A DNA stretch of 64,000 nucleotides, taken from assembly GCF_051903065.1 (NCBI RefSeq), contig NZ_CP178438.1; one strand, 5' to 3'. The notes below the pieces were generated by a model. That model worked only from the letters and a program-made list of their open reading frames with translations, did not search any database and was not told the DNA's origin. Made by a program: the position numbers and the translations under genes. The stretch is from Escherichia coli. Its GTDB lineage: Bacteria > Pseudomonadota > Gammaproteobacteria > Enterobacterales > Enterobacteriaceae. How positions within the stretch are numbered: position 1 is the first letter of the stretch; every line of letters begins with the position of its first letter. Of this stretch, positions 9,700 to 21,489 are shown piece by piece.

Positions 9700-9882
9700 T
9701 TTCAGGAAGTAATGGTGGTGGGGGAAGGATTACTAGCGCTTCGCCCTTCGGGTCGTTGCCTGCGGCAACGCTTTCTCGCTGGCGCTCGAGTCGAACCTTA
9801 GTCGAAGCTTCTCATCCTTCCCCGCTTGGGCAGAATATTTAATTACGGATTCGTTTGAGAGTTCAGGGACTTTTGAAAGTGA
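9700..9882 (-). repeat. tyrT operon 3' trailer repeat region (tpr/rtT-like), about one unit
   Basis: Contains a copy of the last 19 nt of tRNA-Tyr (tggtggtgggggaaggatt at 9713-9731) about 170 bp downstream of the second tRNA, plus a tpr-like ORF (minus-strand ATG at 9815) interrupted by TAA after 5 codons. Confidence 0.6.
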
Positions 9883-9967
<85 letters not shown>

Positions 9968-10001
9968 AGGGGTAATTCAAATTTCGAGGTAATGCTTGAG
10001 A

Positions 10002-10086
<85 letters not shown>

Positions 10087-10129
10087 ACGGGGTAATGCTT
10101 TTTACTGGCCTGCTCCCTTATCGGGAAGC

Positions 10130-10170
10130 GGGGCGCATCATATCAAATGACGCGCCGCTGTAAAGTGTTA
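10130..10170 (-). promoter_or_regulatory. tyrT promoter
   Basis: Minus-strand -35 TTTACA (10159-10164) and -10 TATGAT (10137-10142) with 16-bp spacer; GC-rich discriminator; predicted start about 43 nt upstream of the mature tRNA 5' end; matches the classic tyrT promoter sequence. Confidence 0.8.
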
Positions 10171-10245
10171 CGTTGAGAAAAATGAACTGGTTGCGTAATT
10201 TTCATCCGTAACGGATTAAAGGTAACCAGTTATTTTTGCTGGCGA

Positions 10246-11088
10246 TTAAAGAATAATCGTCCGATTACCGTAAACAAAGACGCGCTGCGCCAGTACTTTG
10301 TAGAGCGCGCGACTTAAGACGTTTTTCTCGACGTCACGACCTGCACGCATCATATCTTCAGCTGTGTAGGTATGATCGACATGAATAACGTCCTGCATGA
10401 TGATTGGGCCTTCGTCCAGATTGTCATTAACATAGTGAGCTGTTGCGCCAATAATCTTCACGCCACGTTCATAGGCCTGGTGATAAGGACGTGCGCCGAT
10501 AAACGCTGGCAGGAAGGAATGGTGAATATTGATGATCTTATTCGGGAAGCGTGACACAAATTCCGGTGTTAATACCCGCATATACTTCGCCAGCACCACG
10601 TAGTCAGGTTGATAAGCATCAATGGCATCCGCCATCTTTTGATCGTGCTCGTTGCGGCTTAACCCTTCATGGCTTACCAGCTCAAACGGTATATCAAAAC
10701 GCTCAACCAGAGAACGTAAAGTATCGTGGTTACCAATCACTGCCGCGATTTCGACATCCAGGCCGCCGTAATTGGCTTTCATCAACAAATCGCCAAGGCA
10801 ATGCGCTTCTTTAGTGACCAGAATCACTATCCGGCGACGACCGGCAGGATTCAGCTCACGCACGGAGCCTTCTGGCAATGCGCTATCGAGATCCGCCAGC
10901 AGGGTGGAATCATTAAAAATCCCTTCCAGTTCCGTGCGCATAAAAAAGCGCCCGGTACGGTGATCAACAAATTCATTGTTCTGTACGATATTTAACTCGT
11001 GCTTGTAGCAAATATTGGTAATACGTGCGATCAGACCTTTTTGGTCCGGACAAATAGTACGCAGAACTTTACGTTGGAGTGAATGCAT
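10246..11088 (-). CDS. purU: Formyltetrahydrofolate deformylase
   Basis: 280-aa ORF recognised as PurU (ACT domain plus formyltransferase domain). Confidence 0.93.
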   Translation of the reverse strand: MHSLQRKVLRTICPDQKGLIARITNICYKHELNIVQNNEFVDHRTGRFFMRTELEGIFNDSTLLADLDSALPEGSVRELNPAGRRRIVILVTKEAHCLGDLLMKANYGGLDVEIAAVIGNHDTLRSLVERFDIPFELVSHEGLSRNEHDQKMADAIDAYQPDYVVLAKYMRVLTPEFVSRFPNKIINIHHSFLPAFIGARPYHQAYERGVKIIGATAHYVNDNLDEGPIIMQDVIHVDHTYTAEDMMRAGRDVEKNVLSRALYKVLAQRVFVYGNRTIIL

Positions 11089-11137
11089 TGCTGGAAAAAC
11101 CTTGTTGAGAGTGTTTGCTAAACCGTACCGTCAACCA

Positions 11138-11596
11138 TTATTGGCCGCAGCACTTTTTAAATTTTTTACCTGAACCACAAGGGCAGGGATCGTTGCGGCC
11201 AAACTGCGGACGTGTACCGTCAATATAGTACCATTGACCGTTTTCTTTCAAAAATCGCGAACGTTCAATTATTGCACCTGTTTTGCCACCTTCGGTAAAT
11301 CGAGCAACAAAACTGACGAATCCGATATTGTCGGCGTCCTGCCAACAATGTTCAAATACGGTCAATCCCAACCATTCAGTATGCGCAAATCCGGCAATCA
11401 ATTCGGCACGTAACGCCGCTGCTCCACAAGATGGATGCCAGGTCTTTATTAAATAATCTGCGTCTTGCATCACAAAAGCGCAGTAACGCGAACGCATGAG
11501 ATGTTCTGGATCAGGTGCAACCTTTTCACCAGACACATAAGGGTGGCAACATAGGCTATACTCGACAGCACTACCACAGGGACAAAGCTGAGACAC
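11138..11596 (-). CDS. ychJ: SEC-C/UPF0225 family protein YchJ
   Basis: Track ORF 159 aa; likely GTG start at 11596 giving 152 aa (MSQLCPCG...); Cys-rich N- and C-terminal SEC-C-like motifs. Confidence 0.85.
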   Translation of the reverse strand: MSQLCPCGSAVEYSLCCHPYVSGEKVAPDPEHLMRSRYCAFVMQDADYLIKTWHPSCGAAALRAELIAGFAHTEWLGLTVFEHCWQDADNIGFVSFVARFTEGGKTGAIIERSRFLKENGQWYYIDGTRPQFGRNDPCPCGSGKKFKKCCGQ

Positions 11597-11708
11597 AAAT
11601 AATCTCCCTGGAAACAATAACGGCGTATTAACCGCCTGAGTAGCACTATGTTAACCGAGCAGTAGCGATGTGGCTACGATTGCATTCCAGGGGAATCTTG
11701 CGGGAATA

Positions 11709-12614
11709 ATGAGAAAGATAAAAATAGGGCTGGCGCTGGGATCTGGCGCGGCGAGAGGTTGGTCGCATATTGGCGTTATTAATGCGCTAAAAAAAGTGGG
11801 TATTGAAATTGATATCGTTGCAGGATGTTCAATTGGTTCGCTGGTGGGCGCTGCCTATGCATGCGATCGATTATCTGCGCTGGAAGATTGGGTGACCTCT
11901 TTCAGTTATTGGGATGTTTTACGCCTGATGGATCTCTCCTGGCAGCGCGGTGGGTTACTGCGTGGCGAGCGTGTCTTCAATCAATACCGCGAAATAATGC
12001 CGGAAACAGAGATCGAAAATTGTTCCCGTCGCTTCGCGGCTGTTGCCACCAATTTAAGTACTGGGCGTGAATTATGGTTTACTGAAGGCGATCTCCATCT
12101 TGCTATTCGCGCATCATGCAGTATTCCAGGACTAATGGCACCCGTTGCGCATAACGGCTACTGGCTGGTTGATGGGGCAGTCGTTAACCCAATTCCTATT
12201 TCGCTCACGCGTGCATTGGGTGCTGATATTGTGATAGCGGTCGACCTGCAGCACGATGCTCATTTGATGCAACAAGATTTGCTCTCCTTTAATGTCAGTG
12301 AAGAAAATAGCGAGAATGGTGATTCTCTGCCGTGGCATGCGCGTCTGAAAGAAAGGTTAGGCAGCATAACGACACGTCGGGCGGTGACAGCACCAACGGC
12401 AACAGAGATTATGACCACTTCTATCCAGGTGCTGGAGAACCGCCTTAAAAGGAACCGCATGGCAGGTGATCCGCCCGATATTCTGATTCAACCTGTTTGC
12501 CCGCAAATATCTACGCTTGATTTCCATCGCGCGCACGCTGCCATTGCGGCCGGACAGCTGGCAGTGGAAAAGAAAATGGACGAACTTTTGCCGTTGGTAC
12601 GCACCAACATTTGA
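11709..12614 (+). CDS. rssA: Patatin-like phospholipase RssA
   Basis: 301 aa from the ATG at 11709 (MRKIKIGLALGSGAARG...); GxSxG motif (GCSIGS); track ORF extends 13 codons upstream. Confidence 0.9.
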   Translation: MRKIKIGLALGSGAARGWSHIGVINALKKVGIEIDIVAGCSIGSLVGAAYACDRLSALEDWVTSFSYWDVLRLMDLSWQRGGLLRGERVFNQYREIMPETEIENCSRRFAAVATNLSTGRELWFTEGDLHLAIRASCSIPGLMAPVAHNGYWLVDGAVVNPIPISLTRALGADIVIAVDLQHDAHLMQQDLLSFNVSEENSENGDSLPWHARLKERLGSITTRRAVTAPTATEIMTTSIQVLENRLKRNRMAGDPPDILIQPVCPQISTLDFHRAHAAIAAGQLAVEKKMDELLPLVRTNI

Positions 12615-12705
12615 CCAGAATTTTTATCTACACTTAAGTTAATTCTGACAGGCGCAGGTGGCAATAGCATGCCACTATTGAGTAAAGCCAGTCAGGGGAG
12701 AGAAC

Positions 12706-13719
12706 ATGACGCAGCCATTGGTCGGAAAACAGATTCTCATTGTTGAAGATGAGCAGGTATTTCGCTCGCTTCTGGATTCGTGGTTTTCCTCATTGGGAGC
12801 GACAACGGTACTGGCGGCTGATGGGGTGGATGCCCTTGAGTTGCTGGGAGGTTTCACTCCAGACCTGATGATATGTGATATCGCGATGCCACGAATGAAC
12901 GGGCTTAAACTGCTGGAGCATATACGTAACAGAGGCGACCAGACCCCAGTTCTGGTGATATCTGCCACTGAAAATATGGCAGATATTGCCAAAGCGTTAC
13001 GTCTGGGCGTTGAAGATGTTTTGCTGAAACCAGTTAAAGATCTGAATCGCTTGCGCGAGATGGTTTTTGCCTGTCTCTATCCCAGCATGTTTAATTCGCG
13101 CGTTGAGGAAGAGGAAAGGCTTTTTCGCGACTGGGATGCAATGGTTGATAACCCTGCCGCAGCGGCGAAATTATTACAGGAACTACAACCGCCGGTTCAG
13201 CAGGTGATTTCCCATTGCCGGGTTAATTATCGTCAATTGGTTGCCGCGGACAAACCCGGCCTGGTGCTTGATATTGCCGCACTTTCGGAAAACGATCTGG
13301 CATTTTATTGCCTTGATGTAACCCGAGCTGGACATAATGGCGTACTTGCTGCCTTGTTATTACGCGCATTGTTTAACGGATTATTACAGGAACAGCTTGC
13401 ACACCAAAATCAACGGTTGCCAGAGTTGGGCGCGTTATTGAAGCAGGTAAACCATTTACTCCGTCAGGCCAATCTGCCGGGGCAGTTTCCGCTATTAGTT
13501 GGCTATTATCATCGCGAACTGAAAAATCTCATTCTGGTTTCTGCGGGTCTGAATGCGACGTTAAATACCGGCGAACACCAGGTGCAAATCAGTAATGGTG
13601 TTCCGTTAGGCACTTTAGGTAACGCTTATTTGAATCAATTGAGCCAGCGATGCGATGCCTGGCAATGCCAAATATGGGGAACCGGTGGTCGGCTGCGCTT
13701 GATGTTGTCTGCAGAATGA
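12706..13719 (+). CDS. rssB: RpoS-degradation adaptor response regulator RssB (SprE)
   Basis: 337-aa ORF with N-terminal receiver domain (ILIVEDEQ...D58-like) recognised as RssB. Confidence 0.93.
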   Translation: MTQPLVGKQILIVEDEQVFRSLLDSWFSSLGATTVLAADGVDALELLGGFTPDLMICDIAMPRMNGLKLLEHIRNRGDQTPVLVISATENMADIAKALRLGVEDVLLKPVKDLNRLREMVFACLYPSMFNSRVEEEERLFRDWDAMVDNPAAAAKLLQELQPPVQQVISHCRVNYRQLVAADKPGLVLDIAALSENDLAFYCLDVTRAGHNGVLAALLLRALFNGLLQEQLAHQNQRLPELGALLKQVNHLLRQANLPGQFPLLVGYYHRELKNLILVSAGLNATLNTGEHQVQISNGVPLGTLGNAYLNQLSQRCDAWQCQIWGTGGRLRLMLSAE

Positions 13720-13920
13720 GCAAACGATAACGCGGGCTAAATTTGCATTACCAGCTAATGTCGGCTGGTGGTACTATCGTCGCCATTCGTATAAGTAATT
13801 GTCTTAATTATGCTAACTCGCATCCTTTTCAGAACTTAGCCCCTCCGGTGTGCTGATATACTGGGATGCGATACAGAAATATGAACACGTTCAAAACACG
13901 AACAGTCCAGGAGAATTTAA

Positions 13921-14829
13921 ATGGCTGCCATTAATACGAAAGTCAAAAAAGCCGTTATCCCCGTTGCGGGATTAGGAACCAGGATGTTGCCGGCGACGAA
14001 AGCCATCCCGAAAGAGATGCTGCCACTTGTCGATAAGCCATTAATTCAATACGTCGTGAATGAATGTATTGCGGCTGGCATTACTGAAATTGTGCTGGTT
14101 ACACACTCATCTAAAAACTCTATTGAAAACCACTTTGATACCAGTTTTGAACTGGAAGCAATGCTGGAAAAACGTGTAAAACGTCAACTGCTTGATGAAG
14201 TGCAGTCTATTTGTCCGCCGCACGTAACTATTATGCAAGTTCGTCAGGGGCTGGCGAAAGGCCTGGGACATGCGGTATTGTGTGCTCACCCGGTAGTGGG
14301 TGATGAACCTGTGGCTGTTATTTTGCCTGACGTTATTCTGGATGAATATGAATCCGATTTGTCACAGGATAACCTGGCAGAGATGATCCGCCGCTTCGAT
14401 GAAACGGGTCATAGCCAGATCATGGTTGAACCGGTTGCTGATGTGACCGCATATGGCGTTGTGGATTGCAAAGGCGTTGAATTAGCGCCGGGTGAAAGCG
14501 TACCGATGGTTGGCGTGGTTGAAAAACCAAAAGCGGATGTTGCGCCGTCTAATCTCGCTATTGTGGGTCGTTACGTACTTAGTGCGGATATTTGGCCGTT
14601 GCTGGCAAAAACCCCTCCGGGAGCTGGTGATGAAATTCAGCTCACCGACGCAATTGATATGCTGATCGAAAAAGAAACGGTGGAAGCCTATCATATGAAA
14701 GGGAAGAGCCATGACTGCGGTAATAAATTAGGTTACATGCAGGCCTTCGTTGAATACGGTATTCGTCATAACACCCTTGGCACGGAATTTAAAGCCTGGC
14801 TTGAAGAAGAGATGGGCATTAAGAAGTAA
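13921..14829 (+). CDS. galU: UTP-glucose-1-phosphate uridylyltransferase
   Basis: 302-aa ORF recognised as GalU ([24 protein letters not shown]...). Confidence 0.95.
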
Positions 14830-14853
14830 CATCCGTATCGGTGTTATCCACGA

Positions 14854-14885
14854 AACGGCGTTGAGCAATCGACGCCGTTTTTTTA
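14854..14885 (+). terminator. galU rho-independent terminator
   Basis: Stem aacggcg / cgccgtt with T-run, 25 bp after the galU stop. Confidence 0.6.
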
Positions 14886-14927
14886 TAGCTTATTCTTATT
14901 AAATTGTCTTAAACCGGACAATAAAAA

Positions 14928-14946
14928 ATCCCGCCGATGGCGGGAT
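14928..14946 (-). terminator. hns terminator hairpin (bidirectional, A/T-flanked)
   Basis: aaaaaatcccgcc-gatg-gcgggatttta between convergent galU and hns. Confidence 0.6.
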
Positions 14947-14972
14947 TTTAAGCAAGTGCAATCTACAAAAGA

Positions 14973-15386
14973 TTATTGCTTGATAAGGAAATCGTCGAGG
15001 GATTTACCTTGCTCATCCATTGCTTTTTTGATTACAGCTGGAGTACGGCCCTGGCCAGTCCAGGTTTTAGTTTCGCCGTTTTCGTCAACGTAGCTATATT
15101 TTGCCGGACGCTGAGCACGTTTAGCTTTGGTGCCAGATTTAACGGCGGCAAGGCTATTCAGCAGTTCGTTCGGGTCAATACCGTCAGCGATCAGCATTTC
15201 GCGATATTGCTGCAGTTTACGAGTGCGCTCTTCAACTTCAGCAGCAGCCGCGCTTTCTTCTTCGCGACGTTCGTTAACAACAACTTCTAATTTTTCCAGC
15301 ATTTCTTCCAGCGTTTCAAGTGTACATTCTCTTGCCTGCGCACGAAGAGTACGGATGTTGTTCAGAATTTTAAGTGCTTCGCTCAT
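14973..15386 (-). CDS. hns: Nucleoid-associated protein H-NS
   Basis: 137-aa [44 protein letters not shown]... recognised as H-NS. Confidence 0.96.
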
Positions 15387-15989
15387 TGTAGTAATCTCAA
15401 ACTTATATTGGGGTGGTTTGTTGAGGTAATAATAGAGCCTTAAATTCAGTTGTGCAATAGCCAGGAATGTAAGGAATTCAAAATTGTTCTTTATTTTGTG
15501 CCGCCAATAAATATCTTTTCATAAAATTAGCCAGAAAAGACGCGGCATATAGCCCTATTTGTACCGATGATTTCGCAGCACGTGAGGTTAAAACTTCCTG
15601 ATTCATGTCACATTTTATGGGGAGATTATCGTAGGCTGACGACCTTTCAGTCTTCTGTATTAGTCGTGTTTACGAGAATTCCCTATTAAGCGAATGATGA
15701 AAAGTAGAACAGTCGCAATAAGAGCAGGGACTTAGTATTGCACTATCTCCTGGAGGTCAACAGAGGGCTATTACTTGCGCAACAGGTTAAAGATTGTGAA
15801 TAGTTACCAGCAGTCATTTACCCGCTTATAACAAGCGAGGCAGTTGTAATGATAGCTCAGAAGGATTATGCAAGGCTTCGTAAGGGAGAACGCATATACC
15901 ACTTCTGTGCATACTGTTGAGCTGAAAAACTGACGAATTATGATAAACTCCAGCCAACTTTATTTCATATCATTGAGGGCCTGTGGCTG

Positions 15990-16607
15990 ATGGCACAGCT
16001 ATATTTCTACTATTCCGCAATGAATGCGGGTAAGTCTACAGCATTGTTGCAATCTTCATACAATTACCAGGAACGCGGCATGCGCACTGTCGTATATACG
16101 GCAGAAATTGATGATCGCTTTGGTGCCGGGAAAGTCAGCTCGCGTATAGGTTTGTCATCGCCTGCAAAATTATTTAACCAAAATTCATCATTATTTGCCG
16201 AGATTCGTGCGGAACATGAACAGCAGGCAATTCATTGTGTACTGGTTGATGAATGCCAGTTTTTAACCAGACAACAAGTATATGAATTATCGGAGGTTGT
16301 AGATCAACTCGATATACCCGTACTTTGTTATGGTTTACGTACCGATTTTCGAGGTGAATTATTTATTGGTAGCCAATACTTACTGGCATGGTCCGACAAA
16401 CTGGTTGAATTAAAAACCATCTGTTTTTGTGGCCGTAAAGCAAGCATGGTGCTGCGTCTTGATCAAGCAGGCAGACCTTATAACGAAGGTGAGCAGGTGG
16501 TTATTGGTGGTAATGAACGCTACGTTTCTGTATGCCGTAAACACTATAAAGAGGCGTTAGAAGTCGGCTCATTAACGGCTATTCAGGAAAGGCATCGCCA
16601 CGATTAA
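15990..16607 (+). CDS. tdk: Thymidine kinase
   Basis: 205-aa ORF with P-loop (NAGKST) recognised as Tdk. Confidence 0.94.
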   Translation: MAQLYFYYSAMNAGKSTALLQSSYNYQERGMRTVVYTAEIDDRFGAGKVSSRIGLSSPAKLFNQNSSLFAEIRAEHEQQAIHCVLVDECQFLTRQQVYELSEVVDQLDIPVLCYGLRTDFRGELFIGSQYLLAWSDKLVELKTICFCGRKASMVLRLDQAGRPYNEGEQVVIGGNERYVSVCRKHYKEALEVGSLTAIQERHRHD

Positions 16608-16870
16608 TAAGAATTTCTTTACTGACAGGGTGAGCAGGGCGTTTTTATCCTGTCAGTCCGTTTTACGCACTTCCTCTGGGTTATACACCCTTCGCGGTAG
16701 TTTTTAACGCCGCTATACGCCTCACAGAGCGTTTAAGCACCGATATGACCTGTAAAGTACACTATCGCTGTGTGTAGGCGTTATACATCGCTGCAATTAT
16801 GATGAAGGCTAATGCTGTCGGTTTATGGAATAGTTGCTTTGGGTAAACAAAAAAACGGCCCCAGAAGGGG

Positions 16871-18296
16871 TAATGCCGATCAGTTAAGGATCAGTTGACC
16901 GATCCAGTGGCTGTGTAAGAATCCGGAAACGCTCACTCGTTTCCGGATTTTTTTATGCACATTGGACAGGCTCTTGATCTGGTATCCCGTTACGATTCTC
17001 TGCGTAACCCACTGACTTCTCTGGGGGATTACCTCGACCCCGAACTCATCTCTCGTTGCCTTGCCGAATCAGGTACTGTAACGCTACGCAAGCGCCGTCT
17101 TCCCCTCGAAATGATGGTCTGGTGTATTGTTGGCATGGCGCTTGAGCGTAAAGAACCTCTTCACCAGATTGTGAATCGCCTGGACATCATGCTGCCGGGC
17201 AATCGCCCCTTCGTTGCCCCCAGTGCTGTTATTCAGGCCCGCCAGCGCCTGGGAAGTGAGGCTGTCCGCCGCGTGTTCACGAAAACAGCGCAGCTCTGGC
17301 ATAACGCCACGCCGCATCCGCACTGGTGCGGCCTGACCCTGCTGGCCATCGATGGTGTGTTCTGGCGCACACCGGATACACCAGAGAACGATGCAGCCTT
17401 CCCTCGCCAGACACATGCCGGGACCCCGGCGCTCTACCCGCAGGTCAAAATGGTCTGCCAGATGGAACTGACCAGCCATCTGCTGACGGCTGCAGCCTTC
17501 GGCACGATGAAGAACAGCGAAAATGAGCTTGCTGAGCAACTTATAGAACAAACCGGCGATAACACTCTGACGTTAATGGATAAAGGTTATTACTCACTGG
17601 GATTGTTAAATGCCTGGAGCCTGGCGGGAGAACACCGCCACTGGATGATCCCTCTCAGAAAGGGAGCTCAATATGAAGAGATCAGAAAACTGGGTAAAGG
17701 CGATCATCTGGTGAAGCTGAAAACCAGCCCGCAGGCACGAAAAAAGTGGCCGGGACTGGGAAATGAGGTGACAGCCCGCCTGCTGACCGTGACGCGCAAA
17801 GGAAAAGTCTGCCATCTGCTGACGTCGATGACGGACGCCATGCGCTTCCCCGGAGGAGAAATGGCGGATCTGTACAGTCATCGCTGGGAAATCGAACTGG
17901 GATACAGGGAGATAAAACAGACGATGCAACTGAGCAGGCTGACGCTGAGAAGTAAAAAGCCTGAGCTTGTGGAGCAAGAGCTGTGGGGTGTCTTACTGGC
18001 TTATAATCTGGTGAGATATCAGATGATTAAAATGGCGGAACATCTGAAAGGTTACTGGCCAAATCAACTGAGCTTCTCAGAATCATGCGGAATGGTGATG
18101 AGAATGCTGATGACATTGCAGGGCGCTTCACCGGGACGTATACCGGAGCTGATGCGCGATCTTGCAAGTATGGGACAACTTGTGAAATTACCGACAAGAA
18201 GGGAAAGGGCCTTCCCGAGAGTGGTAAAGGAGAGGCCCTGGAAATACCCCACAGCCCCGAAAAAGAGCCAGTCAGTTGCTTAACTGACTGGCATTA
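16871..18296 (+). mobile_element. IS4 insertion sequence, complete 1426 bp
   Basis: Imperfect 18-bp terminal inverted repeats (TAATGCCGATCAGTTAAG... / ...CTTAACTGACTGGCATTA); single intact transposase ORF; flanked by 12-bp direct repeat CCCCAGAAGGGG (16859-16870 and 18297-18308). Confidence 0.92.
16955..18283 (+). CDS. IS4 transposase (DDE), apparently intact
   Basis: 442-aa [43 protein letters not shown]... recognised as IS4-family transposase; no internal stops. Confidence 0.9.
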   Translation: MHIGQALDLVSRYDSLRNPLTSLGDYLDPELISRCLAESGTVTLRKRRLPLEMMVWCIVGMALERKEPLHQIVNRLDIMLPGNRPFVAPSAVIQARQRLGSEAVRRVFTKTAQLWHNATPHPHWCGLTLLAIDGVFWRTPDTPENDAAFPRQTHAGTPALYPQVKMVCQMELTSHLLTAAAFGTMKNSENELAEQLIEQTGDNTLTLMDKGYYSLGLLNAWSLAGEHRHWMIPLRKGAQYEEIRKLGKGDHLVKLKTSPQARKKWPGLGNEVTARLLTVTRKGKVCHLLTSMTDAMRFPGGEMADLYSHRWEIELGYREIKQTMQLSRLTLRSKKPELVEQELWGVLLAYNLVRYQMIKMAEHLKGYWPNQLSFSESCGMVMRMLMTLQGASPGRIPELMRDLASMGQLVKLPTRRERAFPRVVKERPWKYPTAPKKSQSVA

Positions 18297-18337
18297 CCCC
18301 AGAAGGGGCCGTTTATGTTGCCAGACAGCGCTACTGA

Positions 18338-21013
18338 TTAAGCGGATTTTTTCGCTTTTTTCTCAGCTTTAGCCGGAGCGGCTTCTTTTTTCGCTGCAGT
18401 TTCACCTTCTACATAATCACGACCGTAGTAGGTATCCAGCAGAATCTGTTTCAGCTCGGAGATCAGCGGGTAACGCGGGTTAGCGCCAGTGCACTGGTCA
18501 TCGAATGCATCTTCAGACAGTTTATCCACGTTCGCCAGGAAGTCTGCTTCCTGAACGCCAGCTTCACGGATAGATTTCGGAATACCCAGTTCAGCCTTCA
18601 GCGTTTCCAGCCATGCCAGCAGTTTCTCGATCTTAGCAGCAGTACGGTCGCCCGGTGCGCTCAGACCCAGGTGGTCGGCAATTTCAGCATAACGACGGCG
18701 AGCCTGCGGACGGTCATACTGGCTGAATGCAGTCTGCTTGGTCGGGTTGTCGTTCGCATTGTAGCGAATAACGTTACAAATCAGCAGGGCGTTTGCCAGA
18801 CCGTGCGGAATATGGAACTGGGAACCCAGTTTGTGCGCCATTGAGTGACATACACCCAGGAAGGCGTTCGCAAACGCGATACCCGCGATAGTCGCTGCAC
18901 TGTGAACACGTTCACGCGCTACCGGATTTTTAGACCCTTCGTGGTAGGACGCTGGCAGATATTCTTTCAGCAGTTTCAGTGCCTGCAGAGCCTGACCATC
19001 AGAGAACTCAGATGCCAGTACAGAAACATAAGCTTCCATGGCGTGAGTTACTGCGTCCAGACCACCGAAAGCACACAGGGACTTCGGCATGTCCATAACC
19101 AGGTTGGCGTCGACAATCGCCATATCCGGGGTCAGCGCATAGTCCGCCAGCGGGTATTTCTGACCAGTAGCGTCGTCAGTTACAACCGCAAACGGAGTGA
19201 CTTCAGAACCTGTACCAGAAGTGGTGGTGACAGCAATCATTTTCGCTTTCACGCCCATTTTCGGGAACTTGTAGATACGTTTACGGATATCCATAAAGCG
19301 CAGCGCCAGCTCTTCGAAGTGAGTTTCCGGATGTTCGTACATAACCCACATGATCTTCGCGGCGTCCATCGGGGAACCACCACCCAGCGCGATAATCACG
19401 TCTGGTTTGAAGGAGTTTGCCAGTTCTGCACCTTTACGAACGATGCTCAGGGTCGGGTCCGCTTCTACTTCGAAGAAGACTTCAGTTTCAACGCCTGCTG
19501 CTTTCAGTACGGAAGTGATCTGATCAGCATAACCATTGTTGAACAGGAAGCGGTCAGTCACGATGAGCGCACGTTTGTGGCCATCAGTAATCACTTCATC
19601 CAGCGCGATTGGCAGGGAGCCACGGCGGAAGTAGATAGATTTCGGAAGTTTGTGCCACAACATGTTTTCAGCTCGCTTAGCAACGGTTTTCTTGTTGATC
19701 AGGTGTTTCGGACCAACGTTTTCAGAGATGGAGTTACCACCCCAGGAACCACAACCCAGAGTCAGGGAAGGTGCGAGTTTGAAGTTATACAGGTCACCGA
19801 TACCACCCTGAGAAGCCGGGGTGTTAATCAGGATACGAGCCGTTTTCATTTTCTGACCGAAGTAAGAAACGCGAGCCGGTTGGTTATCCTGGTCAGTGTA
19901 CAGGCAAGAGGTATGACCGATACCACCCATAGCAACCAGTTTCTCTGCTTTTTCTACCGCGTCTTCGAAATCTTTAGCGCGGTACATTGCCAGAGTCGGG
20001 GACAGTTTTTCATGTGCGAACGGTTCGCTTTCATCAACAACGGTCACTTCACCGATCAGAATCTTGGTGTTTTCTGGTACAGAGAAGCCTGCCAGTTCAG
20101 CAATTTTATAGGCTGGCTGACCTACGATAGCCGCGTTCAGCGCACCGTTTTTCAGGATAACGTCCTGAACAGCTTTCAGCTCTTTACCCTGCAATAGATA
20201 GCCGCCGTGGGTTGCGAAACGTTCACGTACTGCGTCATAAACAGAGTCAACAACAACAACAGACTGTTCAGAAGCACAGATTACGCCGTTGTCGAAGGTT
20301 TTGGACATCAGTACAGATGCAACTGCACGTTTGATATCAGCAGTTTCATCAATAACAACTGGAGTGTTACCCGCGCCTACACCGATAGCTGGTTTACCGG
20401 AGCTGTATGCGGCTTTAACCATGCCCGGACCACCAGTCGCGAGGATCAGGTTGATGTCTGGGTGGTGCATCAGTGCGTTAGACAGTTCAACAGAAGGTTG
20501 ATCGATCCAGCCGATCAGATCTTTCGGAGCACCTGCAGCGATAGCAGCCTGCAGAACGATATCAGCCGCTTTGTTGGTGGCATCTTTTGCACGCGGGTGC
20601 GGGGAGAAGATAATGGCGTTACGGGTCTTCAGACTGATCAGCGATTTGAAGATAGCAGTTGAAGTCGGGTTAGTAGTCGGAACGATACCGCAAATAATAC
20701 CGATTGGTTCAGCGATAGTGATGGTACCAAAAGTGTCGTCTTCAGACAGAACACCACAGGTTTTTTCATCTTTATAGGCGTTGTAGATATATTCAGAAGC
20801 AAAGTGGTTTTTGATCACTTTATCTTCGACGATACCCATGCCGGATTCGGCAACGGCCATTTTCGCGAGTGGGATTCGAGCATCTGCAGCAGCCAGAGCG
20901 GCGGCGCGGAAGATTTTGTCTACTTGCTCTTGAGTGAAACTGGCATATTCACGCTGGGCTTTTTTTACACGCTCTACGAGTGCGTTAAGTTCAGCGACAT
21001 TAGTAACAGCCAT
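18338..21013 (-). CDS. adhE: Bifunctional aldehyde/alcohol dehydrogenase
   Basis: 891-aa [29 protein letters not shown]... recognised as AdhE. Confidence 0.96.
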
Positions 21014-21489
21014 AATGCTCTCCTGATAATGTTAAACTTTTTTAGTAAATCATCTGCTCGAATACGAGAGTATAGTCAGTGCGGTGATGATTTGCTTAAC
21101 CGATGAAAATCAAAAGCTTACTCGCGCTCACACTCACTGTGATTTACTAAAAGAGTTTAAACATTAGAGTTATTATCTCTAATGCGTCACTTCCAGGTGG
21201 CGTAAGCAAGATTACTCACTTCTGGGTACTGATTACGTGATCCAAATCAAATTTTTGCAAAGCTGACACCTTTCAGCATCGCTTTTCGCCATTATAGCTA
21301 ACAGTTAATAAATTGTAGTATGATTTGGTGGCTACATTAGCATGTTTTGCACAACTAGATAACAATAACGAATGATAGCAATTTTAAGTAGTTAGGAGGT
21401 GAAAAATGCTGTCAAAAGGCGTATTGTCAGCGCGTCTTTTCAACCTTATTTATGGCTAACATTATCCGGCTTTTGCTTCGGAGCTAACC

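Noticed and set aside
9713-9731. Possible third tRNA-Tyr gene
   Set aside because: Only the 19-nt 3' tail of the tRNA is present, as part of the trailer repeat; no acceptor or anticodon arms.
16608-16870. 260-bp tdk-IS4 spacer as a possible small gene or sRNA
   Set aside because: Contains only a hairpin (ctgacagg...cctgtcag) consistent with tdk 3' structure and one copy of the duplicated terminator stem; no convincing ORF or promoter.
18845-20662. 450-aa and 151-aa plus-strand ORFs antisense to adhE
   Set aside because: Same reasoning: antisense shadow ORFs within adhE with odd composition and no independent signals.
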